A stretch of DNA of 64,000 nucleotides from Parasitella parasitica NRRL 2501. Lineage: Eukaryota; Fungi; Mucoromycota. The DNA is taken from contig MU619339.1 in assembly GCA_025201805.1 (NCBI GenBank), forward strand, positions 52,245 to 116,244, read 5' to 3'. Under the pieces are notes generated by a model. That model searched no databases, was not told the DNA's origin, and saw only the letters and a program-made list of their open reading frames with translations. Within the stretch, counting starts at the first letter, position 1. Every line of letters starts with the position of its first letter. Shown one piece after another: positions 38,718-51,600 of this stretch. A program made the position numbers and the translations under genes.

Positions 38718-39733
38718 TTATTCTTTATCTTTATTTTCTGCATTCACCGCTCTATCAATGGATGATCCTGAGGAATTGGTGGCGAAATTCAAATTCATAA
38801 CCTTTTTCAGAAACTTTTGCTCTTTGGCTTTTGCTGCGTCGAGTTGATCTTCAAGCTGTCGAAAGCGAAGCGACTCGAATTCTGACCTGGAAGGAGGAGG
38901 AGCAGGAGGAGGGGCCGTATCAAATGTAGCAAGTGTCAGCTCAATAAATTTCTTTTCAAGCTTTTCCATGTTGTTTTTTAAGGTTTTGTGTTCTCTGCTC
39001 AGATTCTTGTATTTAGATTCGAGAGTTTTGTCTAGAATTGACCTATGGTGAGTTCCTCTAGAAACGCTTTCCTTGTCCGCATACTTGTATTCATCGACTT
39101 CTTGCTTCAACAGCCTGATTTTGTTGTTGGATATCTCCAAGTTCATGGTCAATAAATCAATAGCTTTCTGCTTGGGGATAAGCTTCAGCGCCATTTTATC
39201 AGCCTCTTCTTTCATTTTAAACTTCATATCTTCAAGCTCCTCGTATAGCCTCTTTGTCTCTACCTCGGTCAAAACTTTTTGTGTAAACATCTTTCTCAGC
39301 TCATATTCTGAGCGTCTTTTCGCATTGTTGGCTCGGTTCAACTCGTCTCTGACAACAGTTAACTTGACCGCTAGATCGTCATACTCTTTCTGAACTCTGT
39401 TGATTTCAGTCTTGATGACATCGGTCTCGGCCAAAGCGTCCATCAGAGCTCTGTTATCAGGGTCGCAAATGTCGTCAGATACAGAGAAATAAACTTTTTT
39501 GAATGGGGGACAACATCTGGTTGTTGGCGCATTACATAAAGGGCACTTTTCGCCAACTAATAAGTACTGCGTGATGCTAAAATTTAAACTGAGTCGCATT
39601 GTTCATGCCAGCAAGAAAATATGAATATCAGGGCTTACCATTCTGCATCAAAGATATGACCACAAACAATCAATGAAACCACCTCGGAATCGACCGTCAT
39701 CTCCTCCAAGCAAATACTGCAAGAAACTTTCAT
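38718..39733 (-). CDS. RING (C3HDC3) + coiled-coil protein, cluster copy D; exons 39639-39733 and 38718-39576; 317 aa
   Basis: MKVSCSICLEEMTVDSEVVSLIVCGHIFDAE-C(TG|C)-ITQYLLVGEKCPLCNA...FKKVYFS; 62-nt intron; Pro-rich patch APPPAPPPS near the C-terminus. Confidence 0.9.
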
Positions 39734-39986
39734 TTATGGATTATTAAAAAAAAAAAAAAAATGTAAAAGAAAGTGATCCGAAATCGAAATTGAATGAAAT
39801 AGCAATTTAAAATGGTTCTTTGTCGTTGCAAAAGCAGAAGCCAATTATATTTTTATCGTCATCTGCTCAAATCACAAGTTTTATTGATAAACTACATGAC
39901 TAGAACAAGATTTTCTCGTTTCAACCATCTTCATTTGGAGTTTTTATACTATGTGAGGGGAGGAAGTGGGGGGGGGGAGATACATC

Positions 39987-41981
39987 TCAAGTCCAGACGT
40001 ATTGAGGTCCCCCGCCGCCCTCAGGTACTGTCCAGTCAATATTTTGTGAAGGATCCTTGATGTCACAAGTTTTGCAGTGGATGCAGTTTTGGGAGTTGAT
40101 TTGAAGTCTCTTTTCTCCAGGCTTGCTTTCATCGTCCACATACTCGTAAACGCCAGCTGGACAGAATCTATTTTCAGGGCCATCAAAGATGCCTAAATTT
40201 CTCTCGACAGGCACGTCTTTATCACGGATGCGCAGGTGCACAGGCTGGTTTTCAGCATGGTTGGTTCCTGTTCGTGATACGCTTGTCAGCAAATCAAACG
40301 AAATTACATTGTCGGGCTTGGGGTAATCGATAGGCTTGGATTCGCTAGAAAGAAAATAGGGGGAGCGTGAGAAATACGGATGAACCATATACAAAATTAC
40401 CGTGTTACTTACGCGGCAGTCTTCATGCATTCCCAATCAGCCTTTTTGTGTTTGAATGTCCAAGGGGTGCGACCCTTTAAGAATAGTGTGTCGATACCGG
40501 AATACATCATGCCTCCCCAAAGGCCCAAGGGACCGTGGAATGAAGGCTGGATGTTACGAACCTCGTAAAGTTCCTTGTACACCCACGAGTCCTTGATTCG
40601 CTCTTCGTAAGTGTCGAGCACCACTGGCCCTTCAAGCTGGCTCTCTTGCTCTGGTTCTAGTCCATTGAACAGTGCTTCATAGGCTGATTCGGCAGCAAGC
40701 ATGCCGGATTTCATGGCGGTGTGAGTGCCCTTAATCTTTGGGACATTCAGGAAGCCAGCCGTGCAGCCGATCAATGCGCCGCCAGGGAATACGAGCTTGG
40801 GAATAGACTGGTAACCGCCTTCGTTGAGAGCTCTGGCGCCATAAGAAATACATTTACCTCCCTCCAAAAGACTTTTGACAGAAGGGTGATGCTTGAATTG
40901 TTGGAATGTCTTGTAGGGATTCAAGTAGGGGTTGGAGTAATCGAGGCCGATAACATAGCCAAGGGTGACCAGATGGCGCTCCGGTTCGAAATGATAGATA
41001 AAGCTGCCACCATAAGTATGTGCGTCGACGGGCCAGCCGACGGAATGTGTAACAGATCCAGGCTTGTGCTTTTCAGGCAAGACCTCCCATACTTCTTTAA
41101 TGCCTATTCCGTACTTTTGAGGCCCACTATCCTTTCTCAAGTCGAATTTCTTTGCCAATGTCTTTGTGAGAGAGCCGTGGCATCCTTCAGCAAAGAGGGT
41201 TACCTTGGCTTTGACAGCCATACCCCTTTCATATGTGTCCTGTTGCGTAGATCAGTATGATGTAGGAGCATCGTGGGAATTTCCCTACCTTTGGCTCAAA
41301 GTTTTTATCCAGACCAACATCATTTAGTGCAACGCCTCTGACGCTACCGTCTTTGTTGTAGAGAACTTCACTGGCCGCGAATCCAGGGTATATCTCAACG
41401 CCCAACTCTTCAGCCTGCTCACCCAACCATTTGACAAAGTTGCTTAGCGATACAATGTAGTTCCCCTTGTTGTTCATTTGAGGAGGATGAGGCAATGGAA
41501 TAGACAGCGATTTAGTCATCAAACGCATTGAGTCGCTAGTGACAGGTGTGTTTAAAGGCGCACCTTTTTCTTTCCAGTCAGGGATCAGCTCGTTCAAGGC
41601 TCTTGGTTCAAGAACAGCACCGCTCAATGTGTGCGCGCCAACCTCACCGGCCTTTTCAATCAACATGACACGACACTCCCTACCTTCTTCATTTGCCAAT
41701 TGCTTCAAACGGATGGCGGCAGCGAGGCCGGAAGGTCCACCGCCAACAATGACAACATCGGTCTCGTCTTCGAATTGCTCTCCTCGACGAGGATCATCTT
41801 CAGGCAGCGAATTGCGATCAAACGGTATCCAAATAGCCTGGCTTGCAGAGCTTGAGATGTAGCGGGCAGCAGTTAAGCGGACTGCCATGGAGGGCTGAAT
41901 CACTCTGGCATGATTGGCAGCCAGAGTTGCAACACGGGGTAAAACCGCTTTGATGCGGTGAGCAACTGTATGTCCAAGCAT
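39987..41981 (-). CDS. ETFDH: Mitochondrial ETF-ubiquinone oxidoreductase; introns 41240-41288 and 40345-40412
   Basis: Presequence-like N-terminus, [58 protein letters not shown] (4Fe-4S). Confidence 0.97.
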
Positions 41982-43049
41982 AAAAATAAATGTAAGGGAA
42001 AAAAAATAAAAAAATAAAGAGTGGGGGAAGAGGCGAAAGAGTCAAAAAAATTATTTTCTCTAGATTAATAAGGGCCTTCCTTCCCCCAACTCACACACTC
42101 TTTGTAATTTAAAATCAAATCATCACATGTAGCCCTACCCAACTAAATGCAAGCATTTCAGTTACACAATTGCCAGCATCTCGATGAGTCACGTGTGCTG
42201 ACATCCATCAAAAAATCAATGAAATCTTGTAAGCTACTATGTGCATTTAGCCAACATTGCCGTAGATCTGGTGCCGATCGTCGGTTATGTTGCTTTTTCG
42301 AGTCAAGCTAATTGAATCTTCTTTTACTCGATACTTTACATACACGTCCTTCCTGCAATTTTTTTCTTGCAATTCAACATTCTTTAAATTCATTATTACG
42401 GCAGGAAAATTCGAGTAATTTCCTCTACTGCTTACATTCGGGAGCAACTATTAGAATCAATAAAAACTTGCCGAGCTTATACCATTTTTTCAACCATATC
42501 GATGCCTATTATAGGATGACAACACTGCCTACACAAGAAGCGCATCCTACTGGCAGTCGATTGATACAATTAAAAAAGAAAAGTGATAGGATAGGGAACA
42601 TCAGCCACTTTTAAGACAATGGCAGATTGATGTATACCGCATTTTTTGACAGTGGAACCCTCTATAGGATCTCCTGCCAAAAGCTCCGCTGCTATATAAT
42701 ATTCCATTTCTGTATTGAAAAATGGACAATTATTGCCATTCGCATGAAATAAAATACACTTTGGACGAGTGTAATCTGGGTAACATTGGCGATGTATGCC
42801 AGGATCTTTACGCGTTTTATGATATTCATTTTATGGATGGTAAAAGGTCAAGTTAAAAAAAAAGTTCAAATGTAGCCAGGTTTTTCGCATGAAATATGCT
42901 GTGATAGGCATCAAGCGTATTCAATGCACGCTCCTGCTCAAGAACTTGAATTCTGCAAGAGCCCTGATCCCCCTTCCTCTAACTTCTGTATGAAGAGCAG
43001 CAAATCAAATGATTGCAAACTTACACATGTGTATCCTTCATACGGCAAT

Positions 43050-44153
43050 GAAAAAAATTGAAAAAATCAAAAAACTTTCAACTTTAGAAGATAAGTGAGT
43101 GAATGAGGCTGATAATTAAGTGAAAAATAATGAATATTGTCAATATATTTTGAGGCAGTAAAATCAAGTCCTGACTTGCCAATACCTTGTCTTGAGTAAA
43201 ATTCGATTCAAACCGGATGTCTCGTTTATTATTAGAGCCCTAAAGTTAGAAATCGTATATAAACCTTCACATTTTCGATTTATTCAATTAAAGAAAATAC
43301 ATATCAACCACTACTGTTCGCATTTAATCTTGTTAGAAACATGTCATCTATTTCATCCGCTTTTAATGGTTGCAAAAGACGCCTTATTGCTATTGATGGT
43401 TCAAATGTCCGATTAGTCAGTCTTGCAGACTAATCAGCACTTGAACGGCTCAGAATGCATACAATCAACAACAATCATAACAAAGAAGCTGAGCATAACT
43501 CTCACCACAATTCCCTGTTCAATGCAATATTCTTTCAGCTGCAACAGTGAAATTAACAACTAGGAACAAGACGGCAACGACAAGCCAGTAGTTTCTGAAA
43601 TCGCAGCTACAGCTTGCTTTGGCAGGCTAAGGATGCGGTAGATTGATAAATTGAAAATTTGGGTCAACACAGGTAAAAACTGGCTCCAACCACCGCATCC
43701 CATCCAAAACTAGCAAAGAAGACAAGATTTAAGGTCTCTTCTTTTCTTTCTTTCTCAACTTTATTGTACGCCTGCCATCAAACATGAAGTTCAAAAAAAA
43801 AGTTAGAATGTCATGTTACAGGCTCAGCCATCATCAACCCTTCAACTTCGTTTCTAAAGCATTCAGTGGGCTTCGAAGCAAAGTCCAGACATCCGAAGAG
43901 AAAACAGATTACTGGAATGCTCTGCAGTCATAATTTCGAATCTGTCTTCTGCGCTCAATTGTACATTGCAGAAAGAAAAATGAAGACTATAATGAGCTGT
44001 ACATCTCTTTATTGAAAAGTACTAGAATACCCAATGGTATAGTGCAAAAAAAGTAAGAGTTCAGGAAAACTCACAATAATGTTAAACACCGTATATACAC
44101 TGAATAAAAAGGCTGCAAGTCCAAAGAAGAATACTAGACAGAATTTGTGGAAG
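43050..44153 (+). repeat. Dispersed repeat copy 2 (inverted relative to 7213-8350)
   Basis: Direct sequence comparison with the reverse complement of 7213-8350. Confidence 0.85.
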
Positions 44154-45971
44154 CCTGATGTTTTTGAACACTTGACTCTACCTCGCTCTCTCTCTTTGGG
44201 CTCCAAGCAAACCAATCAAGATACCGGCTTGGCTACTTTTTACATTTTGAGTGTGTAAAATTTAATCACTGGTGCTTATTTTGGACGCCTAGTTGCTGAT
44301 GGATCACCAGCAGTTAGAATTTTATCGCACAAGTCGGTCATGTTGGGTAATCAACAAAAGAAATCTGCTACCCTGGTCAAGACAGTAATGTGTTATTCTA
44401 TTCAATTAAGAGTGGGAACATGACTCGAACAAGTCTTAACTCACTATTGTCCTTTTATTGAAAACTACTTCAGTTTGTGCTCAAAGGAGGCCCGCCTCTG
44501 TTTGAAGAGTTCGTTAAGCTTAACGAGCTTGACATTGAGATCTGGTGTAGCCAAACTTATAGAAGGCTTCTTAGTAAAATAAAGTACGATAAATCAGTAC
44601 GGGAAAACATTATCAAATGGCGAACTCTCTTTTGGAAGTTTTTGCTATTAAAGACGTTGACGAGATACTGTCATTCATTTATATATATATATATATATAT
44701 ATAAAGAGTCAAATGGTCAAGCTAAAGAAAAGGTCATCCGGAGGAAAGAGATGTGGCGAACTTTAATCTTTGGCGCTTAAGCATAGAAGATTCAGAATTG
44801 ATTTTCGATTGACGTTTTGCCGAGCTGTTGTGAAGTTATTTCTTACAAATCCGTGAAACAATCGCTGTAAATATTTTTGTTAGAAACTTCGTATTTTTTT
44901 TACTCGAGTTGGCAGTGGAACCACTGTAGGTAATATGCATCCAGCAATGGCAGCCGCTTTTTAAGAAGGTCTGCACACAGCCCTGTTCAATAAAAGGGGC
45001 TCATGTACATAACAAAAGACGCTGCAGCATCAGTGAATGGATAAATAACCCACGGCAATAATGAATCGGCATCGCACAGATGGTCAACGCCAAATACAAG
45101 GACAGCACATTTCCCTTGCCATAATTCTGATCGAGAAAGAGGGATTTGTGTAAATCAACTGTGCCGAAATCCAACTCTAGACAACTTTGTAATGTTTTGT
45201 CTTGATTTGCCAATGATGGCCTATTTTTAGACGATGAAAGTTGGTTTACAGTGAAAAACGATATGGTACTTTTTTCCAGCTGAACTGCGTACAATCGCAA
45301 TGATTAATTAGGTTTTAAATATAGCAGCACAATTAGTGTTCGTCATTGCCAAGATATCAAGGTGAATTTTCTGTCATGACATACAGTGTGCCATGTTTTA
45401 TTCGTCAAGTTTTATGGCATTGATTGTTTTAACCGAAAAACAAATAAAGTGGCGCATTCTGCAACGCACCCTATCCCGCCAACTTGGGCGTTCAATAAGC
45501 TGTATATATCTTTGTCATCTTTTTAAACATCAAACATCAGAATATTCTGTATATGGTACACATGACAAGGTGACACACAACTATGCCATGTTCAGCACAA
45601 GATTTGATTCCTCAGGAATCATGGATTTTAGAGATCTACACATGAGGTCATTAGAGTTTTCTTGAGGAAACTTAATTTAGTTCATTATATTATGTTTGCC
45701 AAGAATTGAGCGCTTCTTTTTTCTTTCTCAACGTCGATCCATAGATTCCATCGAAGCCGTAAAAAAACTTTTAAGCTACAATGGGAAAGTTCTACTCGCA
45801 TGTGTGTGGCTAGGACCCACATTGTATAGCCTAAATTAGATTGCCCCATACCCCTCTTTTTCTGCTCTTGGTGCACAGAGCTACAGGAAAAAAAAAAGGT
45901 ATAAATATTTGCCATCATCCTCGTTTCTTTTTCTCATTTTTTATTTTAATATTTCCTTACTGTATTACACA

Positions 45972-46664
45972 ATGACACAATCCGCTGAAATCCGCTCAAT
46001 AACACCCCCATTAGACGCAAAGATTAACCATACATTTACCAACTTTTCCAAAAAGTCGTCCCGACATGGCCATGGTCAAGACGTCGTTGATTCAAACAAC
46101 ATTAGACAAGTGGCTGGCTGTATACCACTGGACATGCAGACCCGTCGAGTGCTGCTGATTACAAGTCGGAAGAACAAGGATGCCTGGGTCCTGCCCAAAG
46201 GCGGCTGGGAGCAAGACGAAACCCAAGAGCACGCTGCTACCAGAGAAACTTGGGAGGAAGCTGGCATCAAAGGCACAATCACAAAACAACTGGGTGTGTT
46301 TGAAGAACGCACAAACAAGAAGCGACATCTCAAAGCACATCACTGGATATTTGAGATGAGAATTGAAGAAGTCGCCAAGAAATTCCCCGAGAAAAAGAAG
46401 CGAGAGCGAAGATGGTTTACATTTGAAGAGGCACTGATTGCCACTCAGGACCACCGCTACATCCAAGAAGCCCTCATACAATCCAGCTTGAATCCTGCTA
46501 GAGCTCCTCCGTCTCCCAGAGACTCGCTCGAAGAACCGCAAGACGATATCCAATCCAAGCCGGTGATGAATACTGCTGAAATGGTGTCTGCTCCTTCTCC
46601 ACAGACTCCCACTGAGCTAAAGCGTAAATCACTCATGAAATCCATAAAGTCCATCTTCAACTAG
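45972..46664 (+). CDS. Nudix hydrolase, diphosphoinositol-polyphosphate phosphohydrolase (DDP1/Aps1-like), intronless
   Basis: RQVAGCIP...VLLITSRK...WVLPKGGWEQDETQEHAATRETWEEAG (Nudix box)...FPEKKKRERRWF. Confidence 0.9.
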   Translation: MTQSAEIRSITPPLDAKINHTFTNFSKKSSRHGHGQDVVDSNNIRQVAGCIPLDMQTRRVLLITSRKNKDAWVLPKGGWEQDETQEHAATRETWEEAGIKGTITKQLGVFEERTNKKRHLKAHHWIFEMRIEEVAKKFPEKKKRERRWFTFEEALIATQDHRYIQEALIQSSLNPARAPPSPRDSLEEPQDDIQSKPVMNTAEMVSAPSPQTPTELKRKSLMKSIKSIFN

Positions 46665-48603
46665 CCCGTCATCGTCATCTCCATCATGTATAAACAACAA
46701 ACAATCTCTATCTCCCTGTGTATAATACCTACATTATGCAAATAATAAAACTTGAAATGCATCTAAACAGCAACATGTCAAGTTATCCATTGCCTATTGG
46801 TCCCTTTTTTTTTTTGTGATTTATAGCTTAACCATACTGACCGAACGAAAGTGGCGTCAATCTCTACAACACCCGACGTAATACAACAATGAAATTTTAG
46901 CTTGTGTTTTTTTTTGTTTTTTTTTGTATGCGTCCATCATTACCAAAATAACATGATAGATACAAATACATGACCGCCCAGTCATCCTATATGATTGTAT
47001 CATTTTGTAATTAATTAATATTAAAATTAAAAAAAAAAGCTTGCTTCTCCTTGGATTTGACAAAGGAGCTCGTTACATCTGATCGGTCCGGGAATTCCTT
47101 TTAGTGGATGTTACGGTATACCAGAAGGCTTCTATCAGTTCCATGTCCTTTCCTCGGCCCTAAAAATCACTAGCAATGTTCAATGATTTTTGCGGCTGAT
47201 AAAGCCAAACTAAAGGCTGATACTCTAAACATTTATGTAGCTCAGTAGATTCTTCCCTAAAGTTCTGCATTCCTCACGTGTAGGTTGCTAGTACAGGTTG
47301 GTTATTTTTAACAAGAGTCGATCGCTACCAAATTAAAATTGTGTCCAACGACACACTCTCCATTTTGAGAAAGGTTTCAGTCTATATTAAGGTTCGTATG
47401 ATTGTACCTTCTCTCTCTCTCTCTCTCTCTTTGGCCAGGTTTGCAAAACTTTTGTTTGTCTTCATCTCGAAATGCAAGCAAATGTGCCTTTTATCGCCTA
47501 CTATATTTAGAAGACCACCCTAAATCAGATAAAAGCAGAGCATATAATTTTGGGTAGGGCGTCTCGTATCTATCAGGTACCGCACTCATCAATATGCAAA
47601 GTTGCTTATTCGCTGTAGTACAAGTGTACTACTAAATATAATAGTCAATTATGGAATACTATTATGATACTATAACATGAGTTGAGACATGTGCTATGGC
47701 ATTTGTAACTTTATGTATTATGCATTATCCTCTTAAGCTTCATCATGAATACTAAATCGCATGCTTACATTGATCTCCGTAAAGATATGGTCCAATTTGG
47801 TACTTGCTCTGTCTGTGTAAAGGGCAAATGCATTTCTCAGCTTTTGTAAAACTATATTTTAGGCGAATGATTGAATTTACAGTAGCGATGAACGCATTGT
47901 TACATATATTTTATCAAGAATCAGAGAAATTACTCTTGACTTGGTTCATAGAATGAGACATGGCCCTATGCGGTCTAATGCCTTTAAAGTCAAGGCTTGT
48001 TGGTTTAATCACCCTTCTTGTCTTTTTCAAATTGATGATCCAACCGATCATTTATTTTTCTTTCAAGGCGCAAACCAAGGAGAACATACGTGAGCATTCA
48101 AGACACAGCGGCATTTTATACTCTTTTAATACCGACGCCAAAACGCTGCTCTATTGCAAATTAATTATGATACACCCTATTAGCATCTTTCAACTTTTAC
48201 TGAGACAGCGTTTTGATTAGCTGTCTATTTGCAGTAATATACATAAAGGATGACTTTACTTATTCACAATTAAGTTGTCTAGTGTGCTGCCAGTGATTAA
48301 TAATATGATTGATATGCTTCCCTCTACTGTTTAATGATCTTTTTTTTTTTTTTTAATTTTAATTTTGATGCAAAAAAGTTCGATTATTTTTCTATTGTTT
48401 GCACGAGTATTTATTAAACGTCTTTGTTGCCAATACCTAGGATGCATATACAGTAGTTCTGGCAGTAACCTAAAGCCATGGTTTCCTTGTTGTGTACCCC
48501 CCAGCGTGGATTTAATTTAAAACAAAAGGTGAATTTTGGTGTTTAAAAAAAATCATCAAGAAGTACTTGATGATTGTGCTGGTCTTTACCTTTGCTACAA
48601 ACA

Positions 48604-51600
48604 ATGGAATCGCTTCGAACAGTGATTTCTCGGCTATTCGCTGATATTCAAGCGGTCCAACCGACAACAGTCAGTATGTGATGATGAACAGGCTCGTGAT
48701 GATTGACAAAAAGTTTATATTTGTAGGATTGGCAGTATGCTACAACAGAACAAACTCAAACTTTCAACGGGTTAGAACATGATCACCATTACATGTCTAG
48801 GCAGGACACTGACTTGTTGTACACGCTAGATTATTTGACAGAAATCCATCCAAAAAACGTAGGCTTTCTTTGCTCCATCCTGAGACTTCACATGCAGACG
48901 CCAATTACGATGACACTGCTATTAATTTTCTACATACAAGTTCTACAAACAACCGTTTAGATTATGAAGCACTTGCCCAAGATTTTGTTAGAGCATGTCA
49001 GATTGGTGGCGGTAATGCAGTAAGTTATCTCCAACAACCATCGAAAAAAAAAAATACTTTCCTGCTAAATAACCCAAACGAGTAGAATGAGCAATTAAAA
49101 GTAATCATGTTGAAATATCGAGAACCACCCGTTACCTTTGCAAAGACATCTCGGCTTATTACGTTTCTGCACCACGTACTGAAAGTGGTTCCTATCATAC
49201 CCGCTGCAACAGCTAAAACAGGGTTTCCTTTGGGCTCCCTTGTCGAGGACATGACATTAACATTATCAATACAGCAGCCAGCTATTTGGATCATTACTAT
49301 TCAATTCATGCTCTCCTGTTTGAAAAGCGCACCACAGCAATACATCTACCATTCTGGTGTTACGACTCCAGTTATCTTAAGTGTCATCAAGCACGTATTG
49401 TTGGAATTAACACGGCTACCTTATAATGACATGTCCAACATCCACGAAAAGTGCTTTGCGGTCGGAAAAGAGCTACTAGACCTCTTTCTAATCCGAGACA
49501 ATGCAGCAACGGATGAGTTGAAGATCCCCAAGAAATTCATTGGCATAGGCACCATCTCCTACTACGATGTTGTGTATTCGGTACGTTTTACATCCACCTG
49601 TATGAAACCTTCTAGATATTGAAGTTCGATTTTGTAGTTTCCAGAATTATATGGACATTTCTTGAATGCGTCCATGGCTCTCAACACCGCAGCGCCTCAG
49701 CCATCTATCGCCAACCACAATATCTGGCTGATGACACTGAATTACATGACAGTGTCTGTCCTGCAAGACCACCGACTGCTGGATCGCATACCCACAATGA
49801 TGGCCGTTAATCTGATCAAGCATGTATTACGAGAGATCAACACACTGCCAGCAGATCTGACCACGACACAAGTCAATTGTCTCAACAAGGGTAAGGAATT
49901 GGTCAACCTTTTGCTTTTGGGCGCCAATGGCGATGGTGCCGGTGCCGTATCTCATTACGATATCATTGTTGCTTTACCGGACGTCTATGGCCACTTTCAG
50001 CACGGCACCTTTGCGCAGAGCGTACACTGGGCAATGGAAAAATTCATTAATGAATTAGGTAAAAGGCGCAGACATCTGGCTTTCTTGATGATGCCTCCCG
50101 ATGCATCATGGCCACTCATTTCACTGATGAGCAGGAGACACGAATACAATGACCTTACCACTAGAACTAGCTACCACATGTTTGAGGGCGATCTAGTAAG
50201 TTTTTGTACCTGTACCTGGTGTGAAAGAGGCTCATATGTTTCCATCTGTAGATTGAGTTTGTGAAGGAAGGCAGCTCGACAAATATCGAAACTCATTTCC
50301 GTGATATGCTATTTCAGCGTGCTTCCATGGATGAGTTTAGGCAGTTGGCCATGTCGTTGACTCAAACTGGTCTGGATACATCATTGATTCGAAAGGCAAT
50401 GGTGGCCAAAGTGAGAGACGTGATTCGCTGTATACAGCATTTTAGTAGGACTGGAAAGCGAGAAGATGCGGATATCAAGAGTGAGTGTGTGTTGTCTTGT
50501 TGGCGCAATATGATGCTTTTTTCTTCTTCTAATGGCTTTTGTTGATTTGCGATAGTGAGTGAGAAGGAATCAGAACTATTCAACCCAACTGCGGCTAATG
50601 TTCAAGGAGAAGACATTAAAATGATGATACCAGAAAATATTGATTTATGGGAATTGATGACAGAAACTGCAGATCAACTATATAGTTTTGTTTCTGCCGA
50701 GTAAGTTGGTTTGGTAATGCTAGAAAGGAATTTGGGCTGACAACCAATATAGCTTCTTTTCGTACGAGGATATTTTGAACGATTTTTATGATTTAGTGTA
50801 TAAACCTAATGGAGAGCCTTATATGCCAAGCGCAAGAGACCATATCGCCAAAGATAATGGGCTCACGTGGCTATTATTGCAGTTATTTTGTAAGTGCTTG
50901 CAAACCTCTTGAATACAACCATGTTGCCTAACTAAGATTTTGTAGACATTGACAAGGTTTCTAAAGATGTTATCCAAAGAGATTTTGAACAAGACGAAAA
51001 ATTATTCGACAAACTGGTACGATTATACAATGAAGAGCAAACCGAATCAAAAGATGCGTTTACGCTACGAGATTTATCGTTGCAATGTGCTGTCAACCAC
51101 CAAAAGGCCAACATCAAGGATGTCAGCAATATCAAGCAGAGACATCCGCTCATTGCAGCCTCACTACAGTACGCTGGACTTTGCTATCAGGTGCAAGCTT
51201 ACTTTAGCAGCTACTATCATAGCAATGTTCCAACGAATCATACATTATTTAAAAACTTGGATATTCAAGAAATGACTAAAATCGCCTTGGAAAGCCAGTT
51301 ACGACAAGATGTTGTCCCGTATACCCTATATGTGTATCTTGTACCAACAAAAGCAGATATTGATACACTTGGACATGCATCAACTACGTATATTAAAGGC
51401 GGCTCGTTGGATTATAAGCTATTGGATTTGCTGTGCGTCAATGCCAAACACCGTTTACTGCAGGTCATTTACAAGATGATGTTGGACAGCGAACAGGGAC
51501 CAAGATATCAATCAACAGGTGTTCCTCCTGTCGCTTGTGTGCCACCCAACGTAGTTGACGTCGTCTACAAGCTACTTTACAGTGCACCATGCTCGTAAGA

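Noticed and set aside
47236-47275. GTAGCTCAGTAG resembling a tRNA D-arm/A-box
   Set aside because: No T-arm (GTTCRA) or acceptor stem at the proper spacing; no tRNA or rRNA gene was recognised in the window.
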